From: Oopsacas minuta
Lineage: Eukaryota > Animalia > Porifera
Length of the DNA: 64,000 nucleotides
Reading direction: 5' to 3'
NCBI GenBank assembly: GCA_024704765.1
Contig: JAKMXF010000055.1
Location: forward strand, 504,353 to 568,352
Positions 12,401 to 25,690 of the stretch are shown here, piece by piece (within the stretch, counting starts at the first letter, position 1; each line of letters starts with the position of its first letter). The notes beneath the pieces are model-generated. The model saw nothing but the letters and a program-made list of their open reading frames with translations. It was not told where the DNA came from and made no database searches. A program made the translations under genes and the position numbers.

Positions 12401-14139
12401 TAAATACTAAGGAATTCTTAGAGAATTAGTCCAATATTGATGATCAGTTTCGAGAAAATCAGATAAAACCGAAAGTACATTAATCAAAGTATGTACGTCT
12501 TATTCGAGTTCTACTGAATGACTTGATTGACGAAGTCTCCATAACCAAGAACACAATGCAAATGCAGAGATTCGAGTAAATTGGGAAATAACAAATACTC
12601 ATGAAGTACAAATACATAAAGGATAAATTAACAGTGCCAAAATTTGACAATAATTGTCACTATATGCTGTATATATGATTGTTATAGATATATAAAATGT
12701 ATATATATGGTCATACGAATAATAAATGACAAAAATCAATGTTTTAATAATCTATAGGACTTAAGTCTATTAGATTAGCGCTAAATCATTGGAAAATATC
12801 TTAGACATAATATCTTCCTAACAAAGCGCATCCCATTATTTGATTCACTAGACAGTGACATTAAACAGAGTTCCATCTTCAAATAAATAGCCCCACACAG
12901 ATAAAACGGTAAAGAAAGGATTGGTATATTCATCACTCATTTACATCTGGTATTAAATAAACGATCTGAATCACAATCTTAACATCATAATTCTAAGATC
13001 TCGTAGAAAGAATAAATTCCTTGAAAATTCATAGAGAAAGTCACTATGAACGAAAATTCTCCAAAAATTTTAGAAAAACTGTAAGTTTGTATTGAAAAAT
13101 TCTAAGTGAAACTCTAAGAAATTTCTCAATTCTTGGGAAAATTCTTGTGCAGTAGAGGGTTCACATAAGGCGATCGTGGAAAATTCTCTTACGGCTAATA
13201 CTACTATCACTGCAAGTTTGGAGGAAAATAATTGAGAAGTTTGATTGGACTATCGAGAAAAATTGGTCAATAATACAAGCTTCCATACGAAATCAAATAA
13301 TTATTCTCAGAATGTGCAAAATATTTTGTATTATATTACAAAATGACAGAATTTATCAAAGAATTTTTGAAATGTTAGTGAATATCAGGAAAAGCTACAA
13401 TTTCATTGCGTAGGGCTAGAGTGTCCTGGACCACAAGACCTAAATTTATGGACGGCATTTCAAAAATCTTGTTACTGCTAAGCTAATAGTCAATTTGCGT
13501 TAAAAAAATATTTTAAAACTGTCTCCACAATTCAAATTCTGGTAGAGAGAATATCAACCATAGTTGTTATTGATGACCTTCAAGGATTTATCAATGGGAG
13601 GGCATAAAAATGGAAGTCATTAAATTTAGGCAAATTTATTTATTAGATGTTTCATATACATTTCACCTTCATCAGACTAGCAATAAAAAAAATGAGCATA
13701 AATATATAATCAATAGTCACAGAAGATAGTCGGATTAATTTACACTCTTTTAGTCAAAAAGAAGTGGTTAGTATCATATTTATCTATTGATCATATAATC
13801 ATTTTGATACACGATCAACAGGTACGAAGTTATACTCAAAATTGGATAGATATATTGAACTAACTTGGAGGTTGGTGAACGGAATATATATAAAGAAGAA
13901 TAATGAAAATTGAAGAGTAATTACAATTTGATGACATAAAAATATTGCTCATGAAAATATTTAGGAAAATATGAATGGGACCAAATTAGAGGCAGCGCAA
14001 GGGTCGGGCCAGATGGGGCCTGTGCCCCACCACATTAATGTAAGCATATCCCAGGTTAATAACCTGCGGCCCACCAGTAGCGGCTGGCTAGCGCAGGAAC
14101 TGGATCAGAATCTAACCTCAATCTATGATATGAACGTAC

Positions 14140-14234
14140 CTCATCATAATTATCCAATTCTGAATTATTCGATGGAACAAGAACTTTTATGAGGAGACTC
14201 CAAATTTCTTCAAATTGATCCTTAGTTTTCCAAC
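14140..14234 (-). CDS. HTT: HTT exon (phase 1 to 0), (G)WKTKDQFEEIWSLLIKVLVPSNNSELDNYDE
   Basis: Acceptor gtattttag, donor gtacgt, 95 nt. Strong match to the conserved LGWTSRTQFEETW motif. Confidence 0.92.
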
Positions 14235-16499
14235 CTAAAATACAAACACATTGATAAGTATTTTCTAACATGAATAGAAATGAAATTTTTAACTAATCTG
14301 TGCGGGAAATGAGCAATTTTTCAATATACCAGCATTTCTTATGAAATATATAGGTTATATATAATGAAAAGATGAATGAAATACTAAAAGATATCGGTTG
14401 AGCTAATTTGATTGCGTGCATTAGCCGAAGTTTCGATTCTTGAAAACCTCATAGACACCACTAAACATCATAATCATTGACCTAATGAACACATTCAGGA
14501 ACTAGTTCATTAAGAAATAAAGTCAAACAAGCAGTTGAGGTATCTTCGGTAAATTCGATATAATACTGAAAAACTGAATGTCGCAAATGTCTAGGAGCGT
14601 TATTAACAAGAGGTTAAAGAGTATCCGGAAGGAGACATTAACTGGAAATATCATATTTACCTTTATCTTCAGAGGGGATTGATGATGCGATGTGCAATCT
14701 CCATATCCAGGAACTACGGATTAACATTAAAGGCGATTTACCTGTTGTTCTGGTCAATGATACAAATGATTTCTAAAATAAAGCCAATTTGATGTAGTCA
14801 ACTTAGGGGCAGGAATTCATTTTGATACATCTAAAATGGTTTAAAATTTCTACATTTACCAGATATATGCGCTTAGTTTGATTAATAACATTATAGTTGT
14901 TAAAATAGATGATGGTTCCAATAGATTTCGACATATCATGACTTGTATCCAATTCGAATCGACCACAATCCACTTCTTACAGAGAGATCTTGATAGCTTC
15001 GGATCCTTATACGTAAAACACGGACTGACTAAAGATGTCCCTGGTTAAAGTCATGAATCACATCATTTCCTAAATGTATAGAATGCCATGGTATTAGAAC
15101 CAATAGACTCCCTATGTATACACGCATTGCACTAGTAGAATATATTTCAAGTCTAACATAAAAGTTTTCGAATTATTATCATTATTACGATTCGTATGAA
15201 AGGGTGTTGAAACAGCGTAAACTAGAGAACCACAAAATGTAAATTAAAGATATAAGAAAATGATATCCTCTAACATGACTTCCTATTCGATACCAAATAT
15301 TGAATACAGTACACCTTAGTAGATAATATTTCTATCCTAAATTATAACGTTATCGATAAAGAAGACGCATAGATGATATAAGTGACTCAACTTAAATTAG
15401 AGGAGTATCAACCCATTTCTAATTTCCTAGACTCAACAAATATTCGCAAGTTTATAATTGAAAAGGCGTTATCATATTACAAAACTGAGTTATACCAACT
15501 CTCCTATCTTCTCTAATTATAATAGGTGAGTGGAGTACATTGCAGTGACTTTCCAGCGCATCTTGGTCCCGGACTGGATATGCATATTCCCCAACTTCTT
15601 CCTGTCGAGCGATTTTTACATAATCTTCTACAACATACCAAACTTTAAGGATGGGAGACATAAATATCGTAGCCATATGCGATTAGGAGGACGATGAAGG
15701 TTAGAAATATTAATTCTGCAAATAATGTAAATTCAAGTAGATCTAAATATATTCTTACTCTTCTTCACTTACTAGATAAGCATATTATACCACGTCAGTC
15801 AGTAATAGTCCTAATTGATTCGCAATTATGTACAGCTAGTCAGGATACTGAATGTTTCGATGCTAAAGCCTTCCAAATATCATTTGATGGCAAATTCTTT
15901 CAAGAAGTTAAGTCCAAAAGTTGTGATGGATTTGTTCATTTTAATTTAACCGATTATTCATTTGTATTGATTGACGATAATTCAAATTTGAATTTCTTCA
16001 ATTACGAGGTAACAAGAAATGTATGACAATTAACATAATTCTTGTATTTAATTAATCTCTTTTCGTCATAAATTCTATACAGGAAGGAATGTATATCGCA
16101 GAACTTGCTTGAATCCATGCAATAGTAAATAGTCTTCGTGAAGTTTTTACCGAATTCTATTTCCAAGAGTGTGGAATACCGCGAACATAAATATGAAATA
16201 ATATCAAGTACTCGTATTCCACTCTACTCGGATGAACGGATTTCTAATGTATATGATAATTAACTCATTACTAGTTGATATTTCACCTGAAAAACTAATT
16301 TATGGCAATGGATTTTCAATTGGCGATCTCAAATTCGCCCGTCCAACCAAAGGTATATTAATTTATGCAGAGAATGATGCATTTTCCTAAACTGGCCATT
16401 AAGGTGTTTATACTAAATGCAAGAATAAAACGTACTATAATTCTTGAGGATATATCGTATACAATCCCTAATTACATGCACTTAACAACTTAATTATAA

Positions 16500-17650
16500 G
16501 CATCCAATACAATTTGTACAGGTCCTTGCAGCAGTTATGGTGGTTCTTCAACATGACTTCTTAATTTTAATAATCACTACTTCATTTACTATTCAGTCAG
16601 ATACATAGCTTCAAAACATTCCTTTAAGCATCCGTCATTCTATATTGGCGCCACCTCACTTTAGTTGGATCTCTACAAGAAAGTTGGGACGACGCACACT
16701 GCAGCTGCAAACAAACCACAATCTGAAATATCTTGATGTCATTAGATTGGTTCTAGCCTCATATCAAGGTTTTGAGCACCCCTTGTCGATATAGTGATGC
16801 CAATAGTGCCTTCGTTCCATTAATAAGTGAACCGTAGCACATTGAGTTAAATAAATTTACAATACCGTTTATGGAACTCCTACGCATGATCTAATGGATG
16901 GATCCGTCGTGGTGAATTTGTATACTTCCAAAGAGAGGAAGGATGGATAGCCGTTCCTAAAATGTATAAATTAGTCTAATACTAATTGAAGGATGATACA
17001 AATACTATTATGTCGAAAATTCGTTCGCTTTTCGTTTCAGGTCTAAAACTTAGCAAAGAGCGAAAAAAGATGGTCCTGATTGTATTGAGCATATATGAAA
17101 ACCCAATAATGATTCATTAAATTAGTAATCTGACTTAGCCTGGATCTTATTTTGTAATCTTTTCCAAGTGTGGAAACTGGCTTTCATATCCCTTTCAGAT
17201 ATTACTCGCCTGGAATAATCTTTGGAAATAAATTGTTTCTCAAAAGTGCACTCGGTTGCAGATAACTCTCCACAGGAGTGTAATAATATCTAGAACATAA
17301 ACAATTAAATTATATCATACAAACATAAATAAGTGGTATCACTTTATGGAATTTATATATTTCTGCGATTTGTTGTGCAAAGAACCGAATAATTATCTGA
17401 AACGATGAAAACATTGTATAATTTCCGAAATAAATGTCTACAGCTCCTTCAGAGATATATATTTGGACCAATGCAAATTATCTTGCATCATTTTCTTAAC
17501 AGGTGTGTCTCGTTTCTGATGAAAAACTGAGTTGAACTTTCGGGTTGCAGAATCATCATACAAAAAATTCGAGATCAATTTGGTTAAACGAAGGTACTTC
17601 CGGGAGATGAATTTCTCTACAGTCCAATGTGATAATCTCATCGAAGGTTT
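16500..17650 (-). mobile_element. Heavily decayed Ginger2/KRBA2-SCAND3-like integrase relic
   Basis: HQKRDT..W..ISEGAVDIYF (integrase Zn-binding-like) followed by FIYAQYNQDHLFRSLLSFRPETK, resembling FILVYQDHLTKF..LRPLKTK. Many stops and frameshifts; boundaries approximate. Confidence 0.55.
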
Positions 17651-20600
17651 GATAAATATTGATCCTTAGAGTTGGAGAACTTATTAGTGAATTATCTAGA
17701 GTCTAGATAAGCATCTTGGTATTTTATAATTATTTTCGCTGAATGTATATGTAACTTATCAGATACAATAAGGACTTTTAACTATTTGTGTGAACATTTA
17801 GGAAAGGGCGTTCTTTTTGCACACTATTTGGGTTTCAATATACCACCAGTCCATAAGTTTCATTTTTCTAGAATGCGCAAATATAGAAACCTGGTTAATA
17901 GAATAATGTGAGCATCTTATCTCAGAATTGTTAAATTTTGTAACACAAAGGATAATTGGATAAATATAGGGCGAAAGAAGGACACACTGCACCTTGCAAC
18001 ATGAGACTCAAAAAGATTTCATTCTTTAGTAATTAACCTATCTGTAGGAAAATTAGCTAAAACTGCTACTGCAATAGCTAGAGCTGATTAGAGACAACTA
18101 TGAGTCAAAATACTTTCGAAATGGATGAATAAGAATCCAAAGATTCACATACCAATTGTTCCCTGTGTGATCTATCCCACCAAGCGACGGAGTGTAATAA
18201 CATTCAGTTTAGCCAGGTTTCTCTTAGTAGGAATATCTAACATTTCACTATCATCTTCTGGTTTTAGTTGGCTTGGGACTCCTAGTTTATGTACAGATGA
18301 GAGCAGTGATTGCAAATTTCTCGATGATTTTCTCTGCAAAATCCTAAATCCTTGTGGCCAAAACAAGTATGACTCTCCTTTCCAAGTAAGAGTAACACCA
18401 ATGGCTTCTCCAGTAGTCCTCGTAAGGAGATTTATTGCCCTTTGTATATGTTCACGAGGGGTATCTTTGGTAACACTGGTCATGAAGGAATAAGTTGAGG
18501 TGAAGATAAAATGACAGAAAAATGAGTTATACACTCATTGTATATATAGCCTTGACTGAATCAGCAAACATCATAAAGCTTTCGGAAATGCTAATTGTTG
18601 ACATTTAAGGAATTATTACATTACTCATTAGTCAATAAATAAGCCAAAAATTGTCTCACAAATGTATTTGAAAATGGATATAAATTATTAATCAGGCAAA
18701 AAAGTGGAGTCATAATTCGTAACTTGCCAACATCTCATAACAATGACGCTACGATTTTCTAATCATCGGAAATCCCCAAGTTTTGGAGCATGGAGAGATA
18801 ATGATTATCATAACTGCTACCACTAATACAAAATTTGAATTTGTACTTCTGAAGGAATTAAATCGTGATCCGGACAATTCATCCAAAGGCCTACAACTCA
18901 GAAATAACATTAAGTCTTTGGCAGAAAGCTATTTCCAAACTATCTGTCGGAACACATTTCATTTTGGAATAGAGATTGTAATCACATTGTGTGGTGGCTA
19001 AAAACATGGAGTGAAAATGCAACAAAAGTGATGGGAAATGACATGAAATTGGTGAACAAATTTTGAATTGATTAGAAAATGGGGTACCTCAGGACAGGAG
19101 GATAACCGAATATGGCCGAAGTGTCGCGTTCGTGATAAATAGGACTACATAATTTTATTCCTTTGTTTCAAAAGATTCATGAACTCAAATAGAGATTTTA
19201 TTACCTTATTGACATAATAAAATCACAATTTTTTCCGCCTGTATTCGGTTAATTGACTGAATATAATATGGATCATGAACTGTGTACTGTTTGTTACCTT
19301 GATATTTCTGTGGTATAATTGTAAAGTATTACCATCGTGCCATCATACATTTACGATTACTATTGTGATCTATATTTGTCGAACGGAAGATCGCCGATCA
19401 TTACAGGAATAGTGATCGAATGGAAGATCAAGATAATTTTTCTCAAAAATTTCAATCGTTTTATGGAAAGAGAGTCTCACATTTGCGAATTCCAGAACCT
19501 AAAATCTATATCGAAATTTACAGTTTCTTATACTAATAAAAAATTTCAGTAAGTTGAAAACCTATGTAGATTATGAAGATAAGATACATTAATAAAAATT
19601 AATGTATCCTACGATAATTACTTAATCCTGAATACCAAATATGGCTTCATTGATGACTATACAATAATCCTTGTAGATATCATATCAAAATGTAGTAAAA
19701 GGGTATGGGAAATCAGGTATAAAATATAAATCGGCTATAGTAAGTTTTGCTTTATCAGTAAGGTTTTAGAATTATAAATGCATAATGACAAATTATCACC
19801 ATCCATTGCCACTACAGTAAATTAAAAACCTACCAACTTTAACATAACAAATTATTTAGATGATTTACAAAAACATCTTTATATCATTTCATACATTAAC
19901 TTTGAAATCAAAGATGCAATATTTGACATTCTTCAGCTCATCAAAGATTGGACTATATTCTCCAAATTATGCTTACTAACCAAAGAAATTTGCGCATTTT
20001 GTTAACTATTTTGCTTTGTTAATTTGGACACTTGATATCCTACATATCTGTAATACAATTAATTTGGTATAAAAGTACTGTTGATGCGATATGAAACCAT
20101 TCTGTATGCATATAAAATATTTACCGTAAACTACTATCTCCCTAGTCCAAAAATCTGAGGTTGATAATAGCCCTTATATATAGAGAAGGCTATAGTTCAG
20201 CACATGCATTCCTCACTGTGATATGACATTGTCACGCCCGATAATTCTACTAGCCGTGCCTCTCGTGAGATAAAATTCCAAGCTCCCACAATCAAAACTG
20301 TAGATATATATTTATTGCTAATTCATCATCACCAAATTGGGCTGAAATGTACAAATTATAGTAAAATATATTTAACTGAACAATGTATTAATCATATGGT
20401 CATCAATGTCGTTCCTAGTAGAGAGGATATCACGAATTTAGTGATATGATGACGTACTAGAACAAAAATATGGAATGACCATATTTGGATGTGACTACGC
20501 CGTTTTGTCAAATTTAGGGCGAGGAGTGAGTTTTTGAACCTTGAAATTGTCATTATTGAATTCAGCGCCAAAAGATTGTGCTAGATAACAAATTTAGTGA

Positions 20601-22923
20601 AGAAAAGTACAAGAATTGACCATATTTTCAGTCATACAATGTTCACCCTATTAATTTTAACTGTAGTTTGGCTTTGTCACATCCGGGTAATTTAGTTGTC
20701 CTTGGTACAGTATATACACCAGATAGAATTATAGAATATAAAATATACCATATAGGAAATATTTTTCGTACACAGAGTATTCTGCTAAAGTGTACACAAT
20801 GTAACGTGAAAAATTGATCAAATAATTTGAGTGCATTATTTGCTTGAGGTGTATATAATTAGCACGATAAGTTCCCAATAGAAAGATTCTACCCCGTATT
20901 GTGAAGGATCTACACTATGGCGTGTTAAAGATAGAATAGATCAAATAATATTACTCATTACACTGAAAATAATGTTTGACCATTCTGCACAATACCTAGA
21001 TAATTCTATTCACAAATATCAGACAAATTACAATCTAACATTTAGTTTATCTACAAATTTACTACAACAACTTAGAACAAGTTCCAAGTAGTATGGATGT
21101 CACACATTCTCTTCTGCTGATCCGGGTCTGTGGAATGTTCTACCAAAACAAACACGAAATTCTGATTAGGTTGAGAATATAAAAACGTAAAGACACACCT
21201 ATTTAAGATGTACTATGAATAATTTAAATATTCTCCTTCTTCTTTCTACTATGAATTCAGCTCAGTTCAATTTCATATTCTATTTATAGATACGATTAGA
21301 TACATATTTGGGTTTCTGGACTTTGGTCAGTACATATTGTCTGTCGTAAAAGCTTTGAGAAACTTTTGTAGGGCGAGCTAAACGTTGTACTATAACATAT
21401 TATTATTATAATTATTTGAATGTCCAGGAAAAATTGAAGAAACTGAAAGACACCTAGAGTGATCCTTGAAATACAGGCGTATTTTGGTCATGGCTTGAAT
21501 AATTTCGAGTCTTAAAGGGAAATTCAAATCTATGACGAATTTTTACCTAATTGCAACTTTTGGGATTTCGAATCACATAAATGGCTACTGTTCAGCCAAT
21601 AGAATCGATAGAAATTTCAAATTTGAATTATGGGAACGGATTTCGTGTATTAAATTTCTTAATACACGAAACACGATGTTCGGAGATTAGTAACCATAAG
21701 TCATCTAGGAGCCTAAGTATATAAAACGTAATTTGGATGGACAATAGACAATCAAATCATAATATTTCCGCTATGTTAAATATTCGAGGCACGAAGTGTC
21801 TAGTATACCCCGCAGCATAGCGACCAAAAGCCCAAAGAAATTTCGTCGCTTCATACTCAGGGTCAACCCAAGAAATTACATGTCGCGCAGCGACGTAGCG
21901 AGAGAATCGCTATTTTGGTTAAAATTGGAAAAGACTTACCGCTTGGGAGATAATGCTTAGTGGGTTTAGTGAATTAAGTGCTCCCTAATCAAAATGGCAC
22001 CAATGCTCAAAATGTGGAAATAGAGTAAATACTCAATATGAGTGAATTTTGGTGAGATATTTGCAAGTTGATGCTTCGAAATTTGAATACATATACTTAC
22101 AGACTAATTCAGACTATTATGTAGTGATTCTCTACAAAGATTCAAATTTTGCTTCAATATGCAACTGGAGGGATGTATTGAAAGAGCGAGAGTAGTGATG
22201 TTCTGCGATAACAAAGTTGTAATGAGTCAGAAAAATGTGCTAGAGAAATAGTGCCCAGTTGCCCATCAAATAGCTGTTCATTTGAAGTTTAGAAAGAATC
22301 TGGTGATAGTTTAAAATATAAAAGATTTGAAATAAGAGATTGTAACGAAAGTGTAACTTTAAGTGCGTAAATACATAGCAATGCTCAATGCTGAAAGCAA
22401 TTCTGTGTAATAGGTCTTCAAATCGATAGTCTCATGCAATGTCACTCATAATATTCGAACAAATGCAGACTTTTTCATATACAATTTCCAAGGCACACAT
22501 CTCAGAGTGGAATAAAACGTAATCAGTGTTGTCGAATCTTTATATACTTAGAGGACATCCTTTGGAAATTGGTATTATTATGGAGCATTTTTCACCACAT
22601 TCATGACTATAATATATCCAGAGAGCGAGAGAAAAGCCCCACGAAGCATTATCTTTATGCCTGTAAGATTTTGCAGGGACACCTGACTATTATTTGAGGT
22701 ACTAGAGTATTCCGCGGCACATCGGTTGAAAACCACTCGCGTGGACTAACTAAGTCCACTAAAACAACACCTTAGATGAAAATCAAGACTGACTCTGTTG
22801 GCTACCGGACTAATTGTATTCACAATATATAAATAATCTACGGATATAGATAATCTTTCAAATCTCCTGATATCAAAATATATGTTAAGTATTTTTAAGT
22901 ACCTGGGGTGAGTAACTTATATA

Positions 22924-24243
22924 CTTGGGGCATTCAATATGTTCCAGAACAACTACTCTAATATCATAGATAAGATCATAATTAAATATATAATTTCATG
23001 GTATGCTCGAAATATTCGCCCTTGTATGAGACACATGGCATTAAACTTTCTATCTACATCAAGAAACACTTTTTTGAACTCGTCTGCAGGTATGTCTTTA
23101 AGGGTCTGATGAAGTTCATATCCGAGTGCAAGTCTGGTGTGAAAACGTTACCTGCGAGGTGCTTTTTGACCAAATTGAAAAGCCAAATATCACATCGCTA
23201 TAGATCAGGGCTAAATGGAGGGTGAGGTAACTCAACCCTTCTCATTTCACCGACAATCTTAGATTTGTGAGTTCCGGCATTATCCTGCAATATTCGATCC
23301 CTTTGCTCCACGACTTGGTTTGTTCGAATAGTACTGATTCTCTACTTAAGTCAATCGTTCCTTTGCGTATAATTGTTAGGCAATTGTACGCTTCTTTGAA
23401 ACACAAATGGAGTCTACAATACCATGAGCATCAAAGAATATACAGTATAGGACTATAATTGCACGAAGTCCGTGCTGGGATTAGTGCTTGGTGTAGCACC
23501 TCTAGGGAGCCACATTTTTGCTCTGTTCATTTCTCAGAGGCTCAGCATGTTATTCCAGGTCTCATCACCAGTGCAGACCTCCACTAACCTGCGATAGTCA
23601 GCATACTGACACAATTTCAATAATTCCTTCACACAAGAGAGGTGAGCATATTAATGATTCTCTGTGAGACTATGCGGCGGTTCATCTGGAAGAAATCTTT
23701 CGATATTCAAGATGGTTAATCAAAACGTCATCAATTCTTCCCTTCCAGATAGCGAGATATAGAGCTATATCAGGATAGTTGAGTGGGGATCGTGATCGAC
23801 AATATTCTTTATCATATCGATGGTGTGTGGCGTGATAATGGAAATAGGGCGTCCCGATTTAGCCGCATCTTCCAGGCTCTCTCTACTGTCCCTAAATCTC
23901 TTGGCCCATTCTTTCACATATGAAGACGAAAGAGCATCATCCAAATATACTTTCAACATCTTTGCATCTATATCCATCCGCGTTCCACCAGGCCTTGTCC
24001 AGAACTTTATTACCGCCCTTTTTTCAATTTCAAATTGAAGTCTGGAGAAGCCATGAGATCAAAAGGTTATAAAAGGACTATGCAAGACTTTGTAATATTT
24101 ACATATTACAATGTCCAAATTGAATTATTTCAACTGTATTTCATAGAGAAATGAAGTGGGTAAATAAGAAAATACACGAATTAGAAAATGAAATAATACT
24201 TGTGCAATTATGATGTAGGGCCTAACATATTGAAAGCCCGAAG
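22924..24243 (-). mobile_element. Mariner (DD34D-type), full length, defective, 1320 bp
   Basis: TA-flanked TIRs cttggggcattcaatatgtt and cttcgggctttcaatatgtt. HTH ORF 23765-23977, TGDETW at ~23560, LQDNA at ~23285 and PHPPFSPDL at ~23210. Confidence 0.88.
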
Positions 24244-25129
24244 TATATTCACAAACAGCTGATTTCTTATAATCTACGATCGAATTTTATTGATATCATC
24301 AGTATATTATATTTGTATAGGGATAATGTCTCATTTGTCTAAATACTGAATTCTTTAATATTTAGAAAATTGCGAAATCTGTATTATCATTTTTAGTGGT
24401 GTGCTGGCATTTTTGTAAGTAAATATTGCAAGATAATTTTTTAGGGATATATGTATATGTACTAATATTATAACGCATGTAAAACTACATAGATTTCATA
24501 GGTGAACAGAAATTTTGGGTGAATTTTAAGTTCCACCAGGGGAAATTACTATTGATATTCACCCTGGGGTACATTACAATTGCATTTTCCACTACGGTAA
24601 ATTCAAGATCATCTCAGGGAAATTTATGATCTGAAATTACTCTGGTAGAATATACAATTTCGCATTATATTACAAATTAAATATATTTACCTAAAGGGAT
24701 ATAATGATTTTTGAAATATCAATTCTAAAAGTCACTTCCATGTAGTAGGAATTGTTGCAAACTTCGGTCCCAGATGAAATATTTATCTAATTAAACAAGG
24801 CGTCCGGGAATCTTATTAGGTGTCGAAAATGTACTACAAAGGTTTCAAATTGAATTTGCTGTTTTTGTGCTGTTATTGAATTAATACGTTCTATTGTACA
24901 TCTTCGAATTATATTGGATTTAGGTAGAAATAATATATTAATACAGGTAAATGTAATAGTGACACCTTTAATAATTCTAAGGCAATGTTTTGGTAGCCAA
25001 GGAAGGTGTTTACGTATATGTTTGAACAAGGTGTAGTTCGATTGATAATTTAACATTTATATTGGTAACTATCACATATATACCAAATGTCATTTGATAA
25101 TGAGTATTACTTTAGCTTATTGTTGAAGA

Positions 25130-25690
25130 ACATAGAGAAAATTAGATATTATGTGGAAAAATACACTGACATTCAATGAAGAAACATATTATATAGCTAT
25201 TGGAGTATTGTTTCAAATAAGAGAGAAGTGTCCTGATTGTGAAACACTAATTTCTGGACTCACATGCCAATCAAAATTGAAAGAATTGAAACCAAGCGGG
25301 TAATGAAAATATATATATTTCAACTGAGTTAATCAAAAATATATTTATTGTACATATATCTACAGTAATATATTGTAAGAAGACATCTCTACCAGTAGGA
25401 ACAAGAGAATATTTGTTTCAGAATATTTAGAAATGTCATGAACGTGTTGGACATTCAGGACGTAGGTAGACTTGGAGTGAAGTATAAATGAAATATTTTT
25501 GGATTCTTTAGGATACTATTTCTCTGGTTATAAAAATATAGAGCCAATGTTCTCATCGATATCCAACAGTACCGACTCTTGAACAAATGGTTGAAAAATG
25601 TGATTAACTAGATCAACACTTCCATATCAGGAACTACAGGAAAATATCCTTATGAAATAGCATTTGGTCAATCCCCGAGATGTCATCAAT
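25130..25690 (+). mobile_element. Internally deleted Ginger2/GIN-like integrase relic
   Basis: KCHERVGHSGRR*TWSEV (integrase Zn finger) at ~25430 and INTSISGTTGKYPYEIAFGQSPR (integrase C-terminal motif) at ~25610-25680. The catalytic core between them is missing. Confidence 0.5.

Noticed and set aside
13490-13670. HTT-like peptides PIDKSLKVINNNYG and ILSTRI*IVE just downstream of the GWKT exon
   Set aside because: Multiple stops and a frameshift. The clean exon 6269-5983 matches the same human segment better and fits the phase, so this is probably chance.
14056-14139. ORF tail DPVPALAS resembling human WDPVPSLS
   Set aside because: Lies beyond the gtacgt donor at 14139, so it is intronic and out of order.
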